This document shows positions 10,434 to 22,339 of a stretch of DNA of 44,029 bases, piece by piece. This DNA comes from Basidiobolus meristosporus CBS 931.73 (taxonomy: Eukaryota; Fungi; Basidiobolomycota), in the NCBI GenBank assembly GCA_002104905.1, contig MCFE01000700.1, positions 1 through 44,029 of the forward strand, given 5' to 3'. The position numbers and the translations under genes are program-made. The notes below the pieces were generated by a model. That model made no database searches and was not told where the DNA came from. It worked only from the letters and a program-made list of their open reading frames with translations. Positions within the stretch are counted from its first letter, which is position 1. Every line of letters starts with the position of its first letter.

Positions 10434-13400
10434 TTGTATAACAGCACCTAGCTCTACTTTTCACCTTGTGAAAACTGAGTTAGGTGAGTTTGTGAGGCCT
10501 TTGGACTCGCCCTGACCATCTGAATATGGCATGCAGAGTGATTGGGCTGAAGAAGAAGGCTCACTTTGGATTGGGAGCCCATCTCCCCTAACAACAGTGC
10601 CCTGCATAAGCCAAGCAAAATCCCAAAATGCAATGAGACAACACCCATAGAAAAAAATGCCAAGTTACTTTGTGGAGCCAGGTGAGCCCTGTAAGCCATC
10701 TACTGATGAGCAATGTAAAGTTGTGGCCAGAGAAGTGGCATGTTTCCACAAATATCAGTAATAGGGGCATTGAGGATTTACTACTGCTTCTTGCTAAAAT
10801 GATTCCTGGATGCAACTTTCCATGAACATGGTACAAATGGATAACCATTATGCAGCTGGCAACATATGACCCAGAGACTATCCTGCTACCAACATGTGTT
10901 AAGAGTGCATGGTATTTACATCAGAAAATGCCACCACTTCAAGGTGTCCAGCTTGTTAGGAATCCACCATCATAGGAGGAAAATATGGTACAAACTTTTG
11001 ATATTTTCCATCAATACCCCATTTAAAGAAGCTTATGTAGTCCTACAAACATTATGATGCTCTACAGCACTACACTCAGTGTAAATCAAGCATAAACATC
11101 TCCAATATATTTGATGGCAAGCATTATGAATAACCAAGAAACAAGGGCTACTTTGAAGGTGTGTATGACCATGCCTTTGCCTTGGAATCTGTTAGCTTCT
11201 CATTAAACAAATGCTCTACCTGCCAATTCTGCTGGCCACTGATTCACATCAACTCAAATTTGCCTCCTATCTTATAGTATCAGAGGAGTAATCTCAAGGT
11301 AGTCTCACTGTTATCTGGGCTCAAACTACATAGCTACATGTATCCATTGCTGGATGAATTTTGTATGCTTTCCAGCAGGATAATACTAAGTGGCCAGCAT
11401 TTCAAGGTGTATACTATTATCTGCATTGGAGATGCCCAGTAATTGCCAAGATAGCCAGCTTTTCTGGGTATAGTGGATAGTATTGCTGTCAAATGTGTGA
11501 GATCCAGGGACTTACCTCATAGCTCATGCACATTAGTATACCCAAACATCAACACTAAGAACATACACTTCCCACATATAAAGCATACATAAGTCATCAT
11601 ATAATGGCAGCAAAGCTGGCACGCTATCAGCCATTGGCTGGAATATGGATTTGATTTGGAACCTTTGATATGTATGATTGAGGGTATCTGCTGGAGCAAA
11701 AGGTTTCCACTGAAAGTAATGCATTTGCTTTTCAACAATATGCCAATAATATTGACCAAGTTATACATGGGGCATTTCAATTTGAATGGACCCTTTGAGA
11801 TATCAGAGACCTTTGAAAGATTTGCAAGATACTACAGAGTAGCTGCTACCCCAAGTACTTCTTGCAGGCTCCAATCTATATTCATATATATATGCAACAA
11901 TACATATGCAAGGATTAGATGATTGGGATATTTATTTATTCAAGTGGACACCTGAAGCCATATTTACCAGGAGTACATTGGAAGCTTTGGCAGTCATATG
12001 TTGGCATTGTAGGAGTATTTATCCAGAAGCAGATCACCAATGCCAACTTGATGCACCTACAGCTTTTATATGAGGAGCTGGTGATGGGATATGGGGGACT
12101 ATACTACAAGCACAAAGCTGAGCACATAGGTCTCTGCCACTACTGTATCCATTCTCTACTCTATCTTGCTTGGTGTGTTGTGAATATTGGGCCTTACTGC
12201 ACCTTTTGGGAGTTTCCTATGGAGCAGATGTGTGGGGAGATAGAAAGACATGTCAAGTAGCAGATACTACCACATCCTAACCTTATCAAGAATATTACCT
12301 GCAAGTTCATTATAAATGTAATGAGCTTGCACATGGTGGACAGCCACGGAGAGTAGGAAAATTATAAGGACATATGTGTACATGGAGACACCTATGCCTT
12401 AGGCAATAAGAAGCTAGCATCCGTAATATGCAAGTAATCAGTTAAGCAATGCAGAGTTGTGAAGGGTGCAACAGGTGCCTATTTTCCATTAGGAAAGCTT
12501 TATCAAGTATGTCAGGTTTCTCTTGGTCACAAGCAAGTTTCCACACCATTCAATACAGAATTTGTACACACAAGTGCTGGAGTGTACCTATAAGGAGGAC
12601 TAGAATTTAGCAGTAAGAAGTAATGTGTTAGATTTGTTCTGTTGGATTGCGCCATATTGAGCCATGAGTGCCAAACAGTGCCATAGCGTGCCATAGAGGC
12701 CAAGCATATTTATACCTGGGCAGAGTCCGTGAAGCAGAGCTGTTCATTTTTATGCAAATCAGCCCCTGTTTCCAGCCCTCCAAGTCAGAGAAAACACACT
12801 TTTTAATCCTCTTTTTGTGATCAATATTTTGCCTGATGTGTTAAAGCAAAGCTAAGCTGAAGTCATTCACTTGCAACTTTGTATCCATGGCACTCTGAGT
12901 CTAGCTGCATAGGCTTGCAACATGTCACAAAAATTCATGGCACTATCTTGGTAAACTGCTACTATTAGGCACTGTGATTACTTGGTATAGGTCTTACTGC
13001 AGGCCTATATTTAAATACAGTGATTAATAATTAAAATGGACCAAGATAGTGCCATGAGTACTATGCACTAAGTGCATGTCTTCAGCTCATCTGTGCCCCT
13101 TCAGATCCTGCACAACATTAAACCCAAAAAAAAGGGTCAAAAAATGAATTTTCTCCAGCAGAGTGGGTTAAACACAAAGGCTGCTTTGCATGAGCATGTA
13201 GAATTATGTCTCACATTGTGTAGCTAAATGTAGGTCTGCTATGCTACTGTTTGGCACTCATGGCTCAATGTGAAGCCACCAAACAGAACAGGTCTATTGG
13301 CTAAAAGCAAAAACGCTATTTGTGGATATTCAGGAAGAATTCATGGCCAAAGTGGCAGCAGCCAAGTATAGTTTGCAAGATGTATATGTTACCAGCAATC

Positions 13401-13770
13401 TGAGGTATATAGCTACCTTGCAAGTGTGGCACTCAATAGCTGCAAAGTTGAGGCAATAGTAGTGTATCAACTACAGCATCATTTGTGGATTTACAGATGC
13501 TTGTAAGCAGGAGGCCATAGTTTTCTTTTATTTGAACTATTTGTGGAGTGCCCAAGGTAGTAATGTGTAAGCAACTAAAAGTGGATGATTGTAGAGAGGA
13601 ATAACAGAACCGTGCAAAGGGGGGTAGAGAAAGTAAATATCTTATTTGTAAATTGATAAGGTAGCCTTAAACAGAACTGGCTGTAGACTGCCATAATGGC
13701 CATTTTACCTATCTTAATAGCCACTGCACCTAAATATCCATTAATGCTTTGGTATAAGCTGACAACATAT
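10434..13770 (+). mobile_element. CACTA copy C: 5'-truncated transposase pseudogene (about 10434-12460) plus 3' region
   Basis: ORF 11919..12260 (CHYCIHSLLYLAWCVVNIGPYCTFWEFPMEQMCGEIERHVK, DUF4218-like) and ORF 11656..11922. The 3' region is colinear with 20500-20990. The right boundary is approximate and chimeric with an ORF2 fragment. Confidence 0.8.
12630..13295. mobile_element. Foldback/MITE copy 3 (666 bp, degenerate, spacer in opposite orientation), TSD GTT/ATT
   Basis: Termini AGATTTGTTC...GAACAGGTCT. Arms homologous to 6124-6857. Empty site GAAGGAATAT-ATT-GGCT at about 20591-20607 is colinear. Confidence 0.85.
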
Positions 13771-13771
13771 T

Positions 13772-13860
13772 ACACTTGTTCCTCTAGACAGTGACACATA
13801 GTGTCAGGCAGCTTATAGTGCTGGACTTGTATGGCACTCTATGGTACCATCTGGTATTAA
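13772..13860 (+). mobile_element. Decayed left end of a foldback/MITE family member
   Basis: ATT|ACACTTGTTCCTCTAGACAGTGACACAT aligns with ATT|AGACTTGTTCCGTTGGATAGTGCCACAT, followed by GGCAC-type motifs. No right end found. The right boundary is approximate. Confidence 0.5.
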
Positions 13861-14018
13861 GATTCTCACCATAATGCCAGTGGTAAGATGCAGCCAGTGG
13901 CAATTTTGCTGGATCTTATTTATATTGCTCAGAGTAGTGCTCTTCTTACTACACTTACTCTTTGTAAAGTTACAGCCACATTTTGCTCAATGGACATCTG
14001 CTTATATGACTGTAATGT

Positions 14019-14417
14019 CCCTATGAGAAATATGTACTATAATATGTCATAAAGCCTTCAAAATATCAGAATCCCTTGACTATGTGGCAGTAAATCCATC
14101 AAGGGACCATTCAGAGACTGTAAAAACTAATTGCACCCCAGATTTCACAAAAAACCTAGTCAAAGCTTTTCATTGCAACAATTCATAAGTGGCTTTTAGT
14201 TGGTATTTTGCCAATTCTCTCAATTTGTGATCTGCTGTAATGCCATTTTTTGATGACTGTGGCAATAGCACTACTGCTTTATGCCACTGTTCATTTACTG
14301 GCTCCAATACATCTTGGTCTTTAGTCTGCATTGCTATGTCCAACACCTCATCAGCCAGTCTTTGCAACAAGTCCTTCCACTGTTCAAGTGTGTTTTGCTG
14401 AGCACTGTGCCTGAATA
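14019..14417 (+). mobile_element. CACTA ORF2-side terminus with ORF2 C-terminal fragment (internally deleted)
   Basis: CCCTATGAGAAAT (12/13 TIR match) at 14019, then subterminal ...GCACCCCAGATTTCACAAAAAA. ORF 14170..14370 (minus) contains LQRLADE...EPVNEQWHKA. Confidence 0.75.
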
Positions 14418-14680
14418 CACCATGAACAATAATTGTGATTGTCTCATCAAAAGGCCATCACAAAACTTAAATCCCATGGCTTAGAGGTATTGATGCTGTT
14501 AAGACATGGTACAGTGACCATCTATAAATAGTGCACTCCAGATTTTGCAAAGAACTTGTTCAAATTTTTCCTCAAAACAATACATAATTGGTGTTTGATT
14601 GGTCCTCTTTCAACTCCCTCAGTTTCTGATGTTAATCACTCAATCACCTCCTACATTTGGGTACTAAGATTGTGCTGAAA
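14418..14680 (+). mobile_element. Second, more decayed CACTA ORF2-side terminus
   Basis: CACCATGAACAAT (degenerate TIR), followed by sequence matching the reverse complement of 30720-30850 and 10190-10420. The right boundary is approximate. Confidence 0.55.
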
Positions 14681-15041
14681 TAATGGACTATTTGGTATCA
14701 TTCTGCAGCTAAAAATTAACTTACCAATTCTGGACTAGTCTGGGTCACTGTGGGACTAATTTAAAGCTCTAACTTTGCCGCTTTCTTTAGATCTATGATC
14801 TTATGATTATTCCCGTATAGTCAGGATCAAAGTAGCACTAATACTAGCTATTATGTACTAATCCTGAAGCTGTTAAAGTATGCTCCTTAATATTGAGAAA
14901 CCCTCCTTACTTAATGTTATGGCTGTATTACTTCTACAAAGGTATAAATACTGAGCTTCTTTATTCATAAACAACAGTTCAACTATCATCACTATTTCTT
15001 GATAAGTTCCTTATATTCAAATCACTTCTTGAATTGCAACA

Positions 15042-15053
15042 AGTTATGAGCCC
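15042..15053 (+). other. Primer-binding site of Copia-A (GGTTATGRGCCC type)
   Basis: AGTTATGAGCCC directly after ...CA. One mismatch from the copia-type PBS that pairs with an internal segment of initiator tRNA-Met (recalled from Drosophila copia). Confidence 0.7.
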
Positions 15054-15056
15054 CAA

Positions 15057-17868
15057 TTGCCTAATCTATTCCAAAGCATCTTCCCTGTAAAGGAGAGGTT
15101 TGATGGAAAGAACTACAGACTTTGGAGAATCAAAATGCAGATCCACCAAGAGGAAAGGAAGCTTTGGAATATAGTAACAGGAAAAGAAGTTGAGCCCAAA
15201 GGAACAGCAGAAGAAGCAAAGTTTCAAGAAAAGGAGAGAAAGGCCTTTATAGCCATATGTATCAATGTAAAAGATTCCTTCATTGGAGAAATCCACGCCT
15301 CAGATACTGCCAAAGCAGCATGGGAATCCTTAGAGATGATCTTTAGAACAAAGTCAGTATCAAGCAAGCTTTATTTAAAACAAAAGTTCTTCAACATGAG
15401 GAAGAAGCCAGATGATGACATGCTACATCCTGTTACCAAAATGGAGACACTTGCAGAAGAACTTTACAGTATTAATGCTGGTTTAGATGATGAAGAAAAG
15501 ACACTATGTCTGCTTTGCAGCCTACCAGACAAGTATGAGCCACTCATACTTTCTCTTGAAAGCAGAGAAGACAATTTGACTTTAGACTATGTCAAAGGAA
15601 GACTTCTCCATGAAGAACTCAGCCGTAATGATCAAGTAGAGAAAACTAAAGATAATGCTTTATTCAATTTAGAAAGGCACTCAGAAAAGAAGGGAAAACA
15701 GCAAAACCAAAGAAAACCTGGTTGTTGCAACTATTTTAAAAAGCCAGGACACTGAGCAAGAGAATGCAAGAAGAAACAAGCAGACAAAAAACAGAAACTA
15801 GAGCAGGAAAACCATATAACTACTGATGAACAGCTATCTGCAGATGTACAACAGAGTGCAAGTAACCAAAGTAATGAATGGTATATTGACTTTGGAGCCT
15901 CTTAGCATATTTGTGGTATAAAGGAGTGGTTCAGCAACTTAAAAACTATTCCCGTAAGAAAGGTTTATCTGGGAGATACCTCTGCTCTGGAAGCTACTGC
16001 AGGTGAGTCTATACAACTAAATATGAACAATAGCTCAGGGGCAACTACAACAAGACTCACTGACGTACTCTTTGTATCTGGAATAGCTAAGAGCCTACTC
16101 TCAGTCAATAAAGCAACTACTCAGGGACTGAAATTTGTTTTTACTAAGATCAGCTGCTCAATATTGAGTGAGAATGGACAAAAATTAGCTTTGGGAATCA
16201 GAGTTCACAATATATACAAGTTACAATGCAAGATTATTGTACCTGAGTATATCAACATTACTGAAACTGATGAAACCAGCCAGGAGACATGGCATAGGAG
16301 GTTAGGACACATTGGGGAACAGAAAATGAGCCAATTGGTGGAGAATCAGCTTGTATTGGGCCTAAACTACTCAATTCCAATCAAATTGAATATTTGTAAG
16401 GGATGTTCATATGGTCAACAAGATAGGCAACATTTCAAGAGCTTGGAAGGCATTAATACCACCAAAATATTGGCCAATGTACACTCAGATATATGTGGCC
16501 CCATGAGAACACTGTCCATTGGTGCCAAGAGATACTTTATGACCTCCATTGATGACCAAACAAGATATACATTGGAGTACTTCCTCAAAACAATGCATGA
16601 AGCTTTAGAGACATTAAAGCACTTCAAAAACATGGCAGAAACACAAACTGGGTGCAAATTGAAAGCACTACAAAGTGACAATGGAGGATAATACTGTTCA
16701 AGGGAGTTTGCAAAATACTGCTTGTCTACTGATATACTCCAACAGACCACAGTTCCTCATGCTCCACAGCAAAATGGAGTAGCAGTGCGTGTAAATAGAA
16801 CAATAGTAGAGATGGGAAGATGAATGCTACATGATAACGGAATGGAATATGGGTTTTGGGCTGAATCTGTTGCTACTGCAGTATACATTAAGAACAGATG
16901 CCCAACAACAGCACTACATAGTTCTACACCCTTTGAAGCATATACAGGAAAAAACCAGATCCCCAGCACCTCAAGATCTTTGGTATTGATGTTTTTTGTC
17001 ACATCCCTGACAAAATATGCACAAAGCTGGAGCCAAAGAGTAGGAAAGGGATCTTTCTTGGGTATTGTGGAGCTACTCAAGGGTAAAGAGTGTATGATGG
17101 CAAAACTCCAAAGCTGATCAAGAGCAGTGATGTTGCATTTGAGGGGAATTCAGATCAGAAAGCTGCAGAAATCATTGGCCAGCTGCCTAATGATGCAATC
17201 AACACTAATGAAGAAGATATGTACCAAATCCAGCCAGATACAGAAGATACTTCTACTGGTTCCAGAGCAGAGTAGATTATCCCAGTTAGGAGATATATCA
17301 GAATAAGAAATGCCCCTGGATCCTGGTGGCAGACATCCAATGATCATGAAAAAGCTTATCTTGCCTTATGTGCCAAACCTCAGAATCTGGAACAGGCAAT
17401 GCAAAGTCTAGATTCTACTATGTGGCAACAAGCCATGCTGGGGGAGTACCAATCACCAATCAAGGCAAACACATGGGAACTGGTAGATTTACCAGATGGG
17501 AGAAAGCCAATAGGATGTAGATGGGTCCACAAGATCAAGATAACCTCAAATGGTGCTGTTGATAAGTACAAGACTAGATTGGTGGCTAAAGGCTATTTGC
17601 AGATCCAAGGACTAGACTTAAGGAAACATTTGCTCCGGTTGCCAAGTTTAACTCCATCAGGACAGTAATAGCCCTGGCAGCTTTACACAGCCTAGATCTA
17701 CACCAAATGAACATTAAAACAGCCTTTCAAAATGGTGATTTGCAAGACACTATATATATGGAGCAACCAGAAAGCTTTACCAATCCAAAAGACCCCCATA
17801 TGGTGTGCAAACTTAGAAAATTGTTGTATGGGCTTAAGCAGGCACTTAGAGCATAGCATAACAAGATT
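15057..17868 (+). pseudogene. Copia-A gag-pol (gag, CCHC knuckle, protease, integrase, partial RT), multiple stops and frameshifts
   Basis: FDGKNYRLWRIKM gag. CNYFKKPGH*AREC knuckle. WYIDFGAS*H protease (stop at 15903-15905). WHRRLGHI, VHSDICGP and LQSDNGG integrase. GRKPIGCRWVHKIK...RLVAKG RT. Confidence 0.92.
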
Positions 17869-17871
17869 GAT

Positions 17872-20800
17872 ACATAGGTGATGGCATGCTAGACTTCTGA
17901 CAGCCTCTCTGTGGCTCTGCAGAGGTTCTCAATTGTCTACTTGATTGAGGGCATGAGGAGTCTGCATAATCACCTTGAGTAGGCACACTGTCAACATGGC
18001 CTTTTTTGGATGTAGCTCTACTAGTTGCACTGAATGACAAAGCAAGCTGTTGTCCAACCATTCTTCTGTTGCTGTCAGCAGTAGGGTTTGATTGGGTATG
18101 TAGTGTTATGTTGTTGAAGATCAAACTGTTTGCCCCATGGACTAGACTACTTTGACTCAATGCTGTAAGAGAAGAGAAAAAAGACTAAGTGGCTATTGTA
18201 GCAAGCCTCTCAGCCATGAAGAATGCAGACAGCATAGGAAGTATTACAAGGATCATGGCCAGTGTTTCACCACACAAGTTATATTTGACCATTCATTGGT
18301 CACTACTGCACCAACATTATCTTGCTGACCAGTTGATACCTCTATATTGGCACCTGGCTGTCTTTGTCACCTTGCGCAAACTGAGTCAGGTGAGTTTGTG
18401 ACGCTTTTAGGCTCACCTTAGCCTTCCAAATATGGCATGCAGAGTGGTAGCTCTGCCAAAGAAGGTTCACTCATGGATTGTGAGTCTATCTCCCCTAACA
18501 ACAGTACTAAATATAAGCCTGGTCAAATACCTATATGCAATGACACAACACCTGTTGAAACAAATGCAAAGGATACTTTATGGTGCCAAGTGAGCCCAGT
18601 AAGCCATTTACTGGTGAATGATGTAATGTTGTGGCTAGTGAGGTGGCACATTTCCACTAATATCAGTAATTGGGGCTTTGAGGATATTTCACTACTTCTT
18701 GCCAAAATCATACAGGATGCAACTTACCATGCATATGGTACAAGTGGACAGCTGTCATGTAGCTGGTAACATATGATCCAGAGACTATCCTGATTCCATC
18801 ATGCGTTAGCAGTTGCATGGCATTCACATCCAAAAATTCTACCAATGCAACATGTCCAAATTGTCAGGAATCCACCACCATTGAGGGAAAACATTGTTCA
18901 CACTCCAGATATATTATAATAATACCCTGTCTGAGGCAGCTGATGCAATCTGTCAAATATTCCATAGCTATACAGTGCTGCACTAGGTAACAATCAAGTA
19001 CAAACATATCTGATATATTCTATGGCAAACATTACAAACAGCTAAGAAACAAGGGCTACTTTGAAGGTATGTATGTCCATGCCTTTGCCTTAGCACTTGA
19101 TGGATTCTCATTAAACAAGTACTCTACCAGCAAAACCTGCTGGCCACTGATTCTCATCAATCTGAATCTGCCAACCATCTTACAGTATCAGAGCAATAAT
19201 CTGATAGAAGTCTCACTGGTATCTGGGCCTAAATCTCCATCCAACCTGGATAGCTACCTGTATCCACTGCTGGATAAATTCTATATGCTTTCCAGCGGGA
19301 CAACAGTACATGGCCATCATGTAAAAGTTCACATTATTATCTGTATTGTATATACCCCAGCCATCAGCAAGATAACAGGTTTTCCTGAGCACAATGGATG
19401 GTATTGCTGTCAAATATGTGAGATCCTAGGGATTTACTCTATAACTCACTCACATTATTATAACTAAAGTGCAGCACTAAGTGCATTGTCTATCCACAGA
19501 GAGAATGAACCAAAGTTGGCATGCAATTGCAGCAAAGTTGGCATGCTACAAGCCATTGGCCAAAATTTGGAATCAATTGGAAACCAGAGATACTTAAGAT
19601 AGAGGGTATCTGTTGGAGCAAAAGCTATCCACTGGGAGCAATGCATTTGCTTTACAACAATATTCCTATACTAATGACCAAGTTGTACATGGGGCATTTC
19701 AAGTTAAATGATCCCTATGAGATACCAGAGAAATTTGAAAGAATTGGCAAGTTATTACAGAGTTTGCGCAACCCTAAGTACCTCTCATGGGCTTCAATTA
19801 ATATTCATTTGCATATGCAACAATACAAAGGCAATGACTGGATGAACTGGATATCTATTTATTCAAGTGGTGTTCTGAAGCCATTCCTACCAAGAGTACA
19901 TTGGAAGCAATGGAAGTCATATGTGGACATTGTAGGAAAATTTATCCAAAAGTTGATCACTAATGCCAACTTGACACATCTACAGCTGTAGTGCAAGGAG
20001 TTTGTGATGGGATTTTAGCTGCTATACTACAAACATAGAGCTGAATGTATAGATCTCTGCCGCTACTGTATCCATTCTCTACTCCATCTTACACGGTGTG
20101 TGTGGAGAATATTGGGCCTTGCTTCACCTTTTGGGAGTTTCCTATGGAGCAGGTGTGTGGGGAGATAGAAAGACAAGTCAAGTTGCAGGTACTACCATAT
20201 CCCAATCTCATGAAGAATACTACCTTCAAGTCTGTCATGGATGTGATGAGTTGGCACATGGAGGACAGCCAGGAAGAGTTGGAAAATACTGGGGACAATA
20301 TGCACATGGAGATACCTATGCCTATGGCATTAAGATGCTTAGGAGCCCCAATATGTGGGTAATCATTCATGTAATGCAAAGTTAGGTTGGGTGCAACAAG
20401 CAACAAATTTTAATAGGAAAACGCAACCAAGGTATTCTGGACTCATTTAAGTAATGCAAAGTTGGGTTAAGTGCAAGAAGTACTTAATTTTTAGTAGGAA
20501 AGCTGTATGGAAGTATGCTAGGTCTCTCTTGGAATTCATACATACAAAGGCCAGAGCGCACCTACTAGGGGGACTAGAATTCAGCAGAGAGAAGGAATAT
20601 ATTGGCTAAATACTGAGAAGTACTTTCCAGATATTCAGGAGGTATTCATGGCAGAAGTGGCAACAACCAAGCATATGTTTACAAGATATATATATTACCA
20701 GCAATACAAGGTATATGGCAACTTTGCAAGTATCACACTAAAAGCTGTAAAGTTGTGGTGATAGAAGTATGTCATTTGGGCAGGTGTGCAAGTTAGTGGA

Positions 20801-21129
20801 GGTTAGTAGGCAGGATGCCATAGCTTTTTTAATTCAAACTATATGTGGAATACTCAAGGTAGTAGTGGGTAAGCAAATAAAGAGGGGTGATTCTACAGTG
20901 AAATATATGAATTGCACAAGGAGAGGTAGAAAAAGGAAATACCATTTGGTAAATTGGTACCGTAGCATTTTACAGAACCAGCAGTAGGCTGTCATGCCGC
21001 CAATGTAATGCCATCAGAGTCTCACTGTGAGGCTGTCAAAGTACCATCAAGTTTCTCACCATATAAGGCAATTGGATGTCCTGGCAGGCTGGATCCACTT
21101 AAAGTAGTTGTAGAGTGCTTAAAGACCGC
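17872..21129 (+). mobile_element. CACTA copy D: deleted ORF2 fragment (minus), full-length transposase pseudogene, 3' region
   Basis: 17872-18095 matches ORF2 (minus) with internal deletions. Transposase from 18137. The 3' region 20386-21129 is homologous to 12460-13700 and 3280-3760 (minus). Confidence 0.85.
18137..20385 (+). pseudogene. CACTA-type DDE transposase, full-length (about 750 codons), disrupted
   Basis: ATG at 18137. ORFs 18437..18769, 19069..19467 (ALDGF...WPLILINLNLP...SGPKSPSNLDSYLYPLLDKF...HNGWYCCQIC), 19521..19991 (GAMHLLYNNIP) and 20045..20362 (GPCFTFWEFPMEQVCG). Putative catalytic D (DGF), D (GDxPA position) and E (PMEQ). Confidence 0.88.
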
Positions 21130-22199
21130 TGTAGTGGGGTGCCAGTGACACCCACTGACAGATGTGCTCATTCCCTTATTTTCTACTTCCCTATATCTCT
21201 ACTACACTTATTTCAGTTTATCCCATTTGTCTTACTCAATCAGTACTATCCCATAAGCTGGTTGACTATCACACCTGCTTACCTTATTGCATAACTCACC
21301 CCTCAGTTTATGTAAGATTACTAGCTATATGTGCTTCTATATTAGGTAAGTACCCGTGCCAGTACCTGTGACACATGATCAACCCATGTCACCATCCCTA
21401 CCATTTCCATAGCATATATGGTATCCGTATGTTACACAGGTTTCAGAATACTAATTCCTGATTGGTTGGATGTGCTGTGCCTCTTGGAACCTTCTGGCAC
21501 CTACTTAGAACATTCTTAGGTCATTCTGATGTCATTAAGATTTCTATTGATATCCGGAACCATCTGGAACACCATGATTAGTAATCACTTAGCCAGTAAG
21601 AAAAGTATATAAGGGAGGCTATCCCTCAACAATAAATCATCATCCCTTTTATCAATATACCAACTTGTTGATTAGTGTGATCACTGCTACCTGCTGCTAC
21701 CTGAACTTCCAACCCCAGACCACAGGACACTCCCAGGAAACCGCGCTGACAGCCAACCGACCTTGGAGGCACTACTTGTGAGGAATACTCAAAGTAGGTA
21801 TCTTTTATTATATTTGATTCTTTCCTAAGTTTGTTCTTGTACAGGCAAAGATACTTTTCTGTCTTTGTAACTATTGACCACAGCTGCATTCTTATCAAGT
21901 CCCTGCTGGTGGAGTTTACAGTTGTTTTGACTTTGGAAGCTTTAGTACATTGTCATCTCAAAGGACGCTGAACCCAGCACATACTTTTGTTAAGACGCCA
22001 ACTAAGTTGGGGATTGTAGCTCAATAGTTTTCCCTTGACAAGCTTGTGGCTTTATTCCCCTTCACATTAGATTAGAGACAGAACCCAAGTATTCCTAGCA
22101 AGCTTTTGCCAGAGGTTATTGCACCCAGTGAACACCCCACATACAAAACACTTGAGAAGTGTTGAACGTATCTCTCCCTTGGGCCTATACACCACCACA
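21130..22199 (+). repeat. Gypsy 5' LTR (1070 bp)
   Basis: TGTAGTGG...CACCACA. Boundaries defined by comparison with the solo LTR 8816-9882 and the 3' LTR start at 27211. Contains a reverse CCAAT (GATTGG, about 21460), HSE-like motifs and TATATAAG (about 21606). Confidence 0.93.
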
Positions 22200-22203
22200 T
22201 ATT

Positions 22204-22221
22204 TGGCACCCAACATGGGGG
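22204..22221 (+). other. Gypsy primer-binding site, tRNA-Lys(CUU)-type, CpG-decayed
   Basis: TGGCACCCAACATGGGGG versus the known tRNA-Lys1,2 PBS TGGCGCCCAACGTGGGGC. The two internal mismatches are both CpG to CpA. It lies 4 nt downstream of the LTR. Confidence 0.75.
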
Positions 22222-22339
22222 GTTCATACAAGCTCCCTAGGACCCAACAAGATTTACCTGAAGATTTGAGCCGTTATCCACCTATTGAAAAGTGACTACA
22301 AATATTATCAAGATTACAATACCAACCTACCTGCCCAAA

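Larger units (their letters stand above)
14871..17870 (+). mobile_element. Ty1/copia LTR retrotransposon family A, 3'-truncated within RT
   Basis: Domain order gag-PR-INT-RT. LTR 3' end ...TTGCAACA at 15041 followed by a PBS. The LTR start at 14871 (TGTT) is a guess because no 3' LTR is present for comparison. Confidence 0.85.

Noticed and set aside
19713-19720. CCCTATGA matching the CACTA TIR start
   Set aside because: It lies inside the transposase frame (DPYE codons), with no subterminal sequence and no break in colinearity.
20371-20500. About 80-bp tandem duplication at the transposase stop (GTAATGCAAAGTT at 20371 and 20451)
   Set aside because: It is real but copy-specific and degenerate, with no evidence of function.
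21626-21898. Antisense ORF in the gypsy LTR, repeated at 37627..37938
   Set aside because: Its conservation simply reflects near-identical LTR DNA. The frame is different and broken in the solo LTR (9382..9564).
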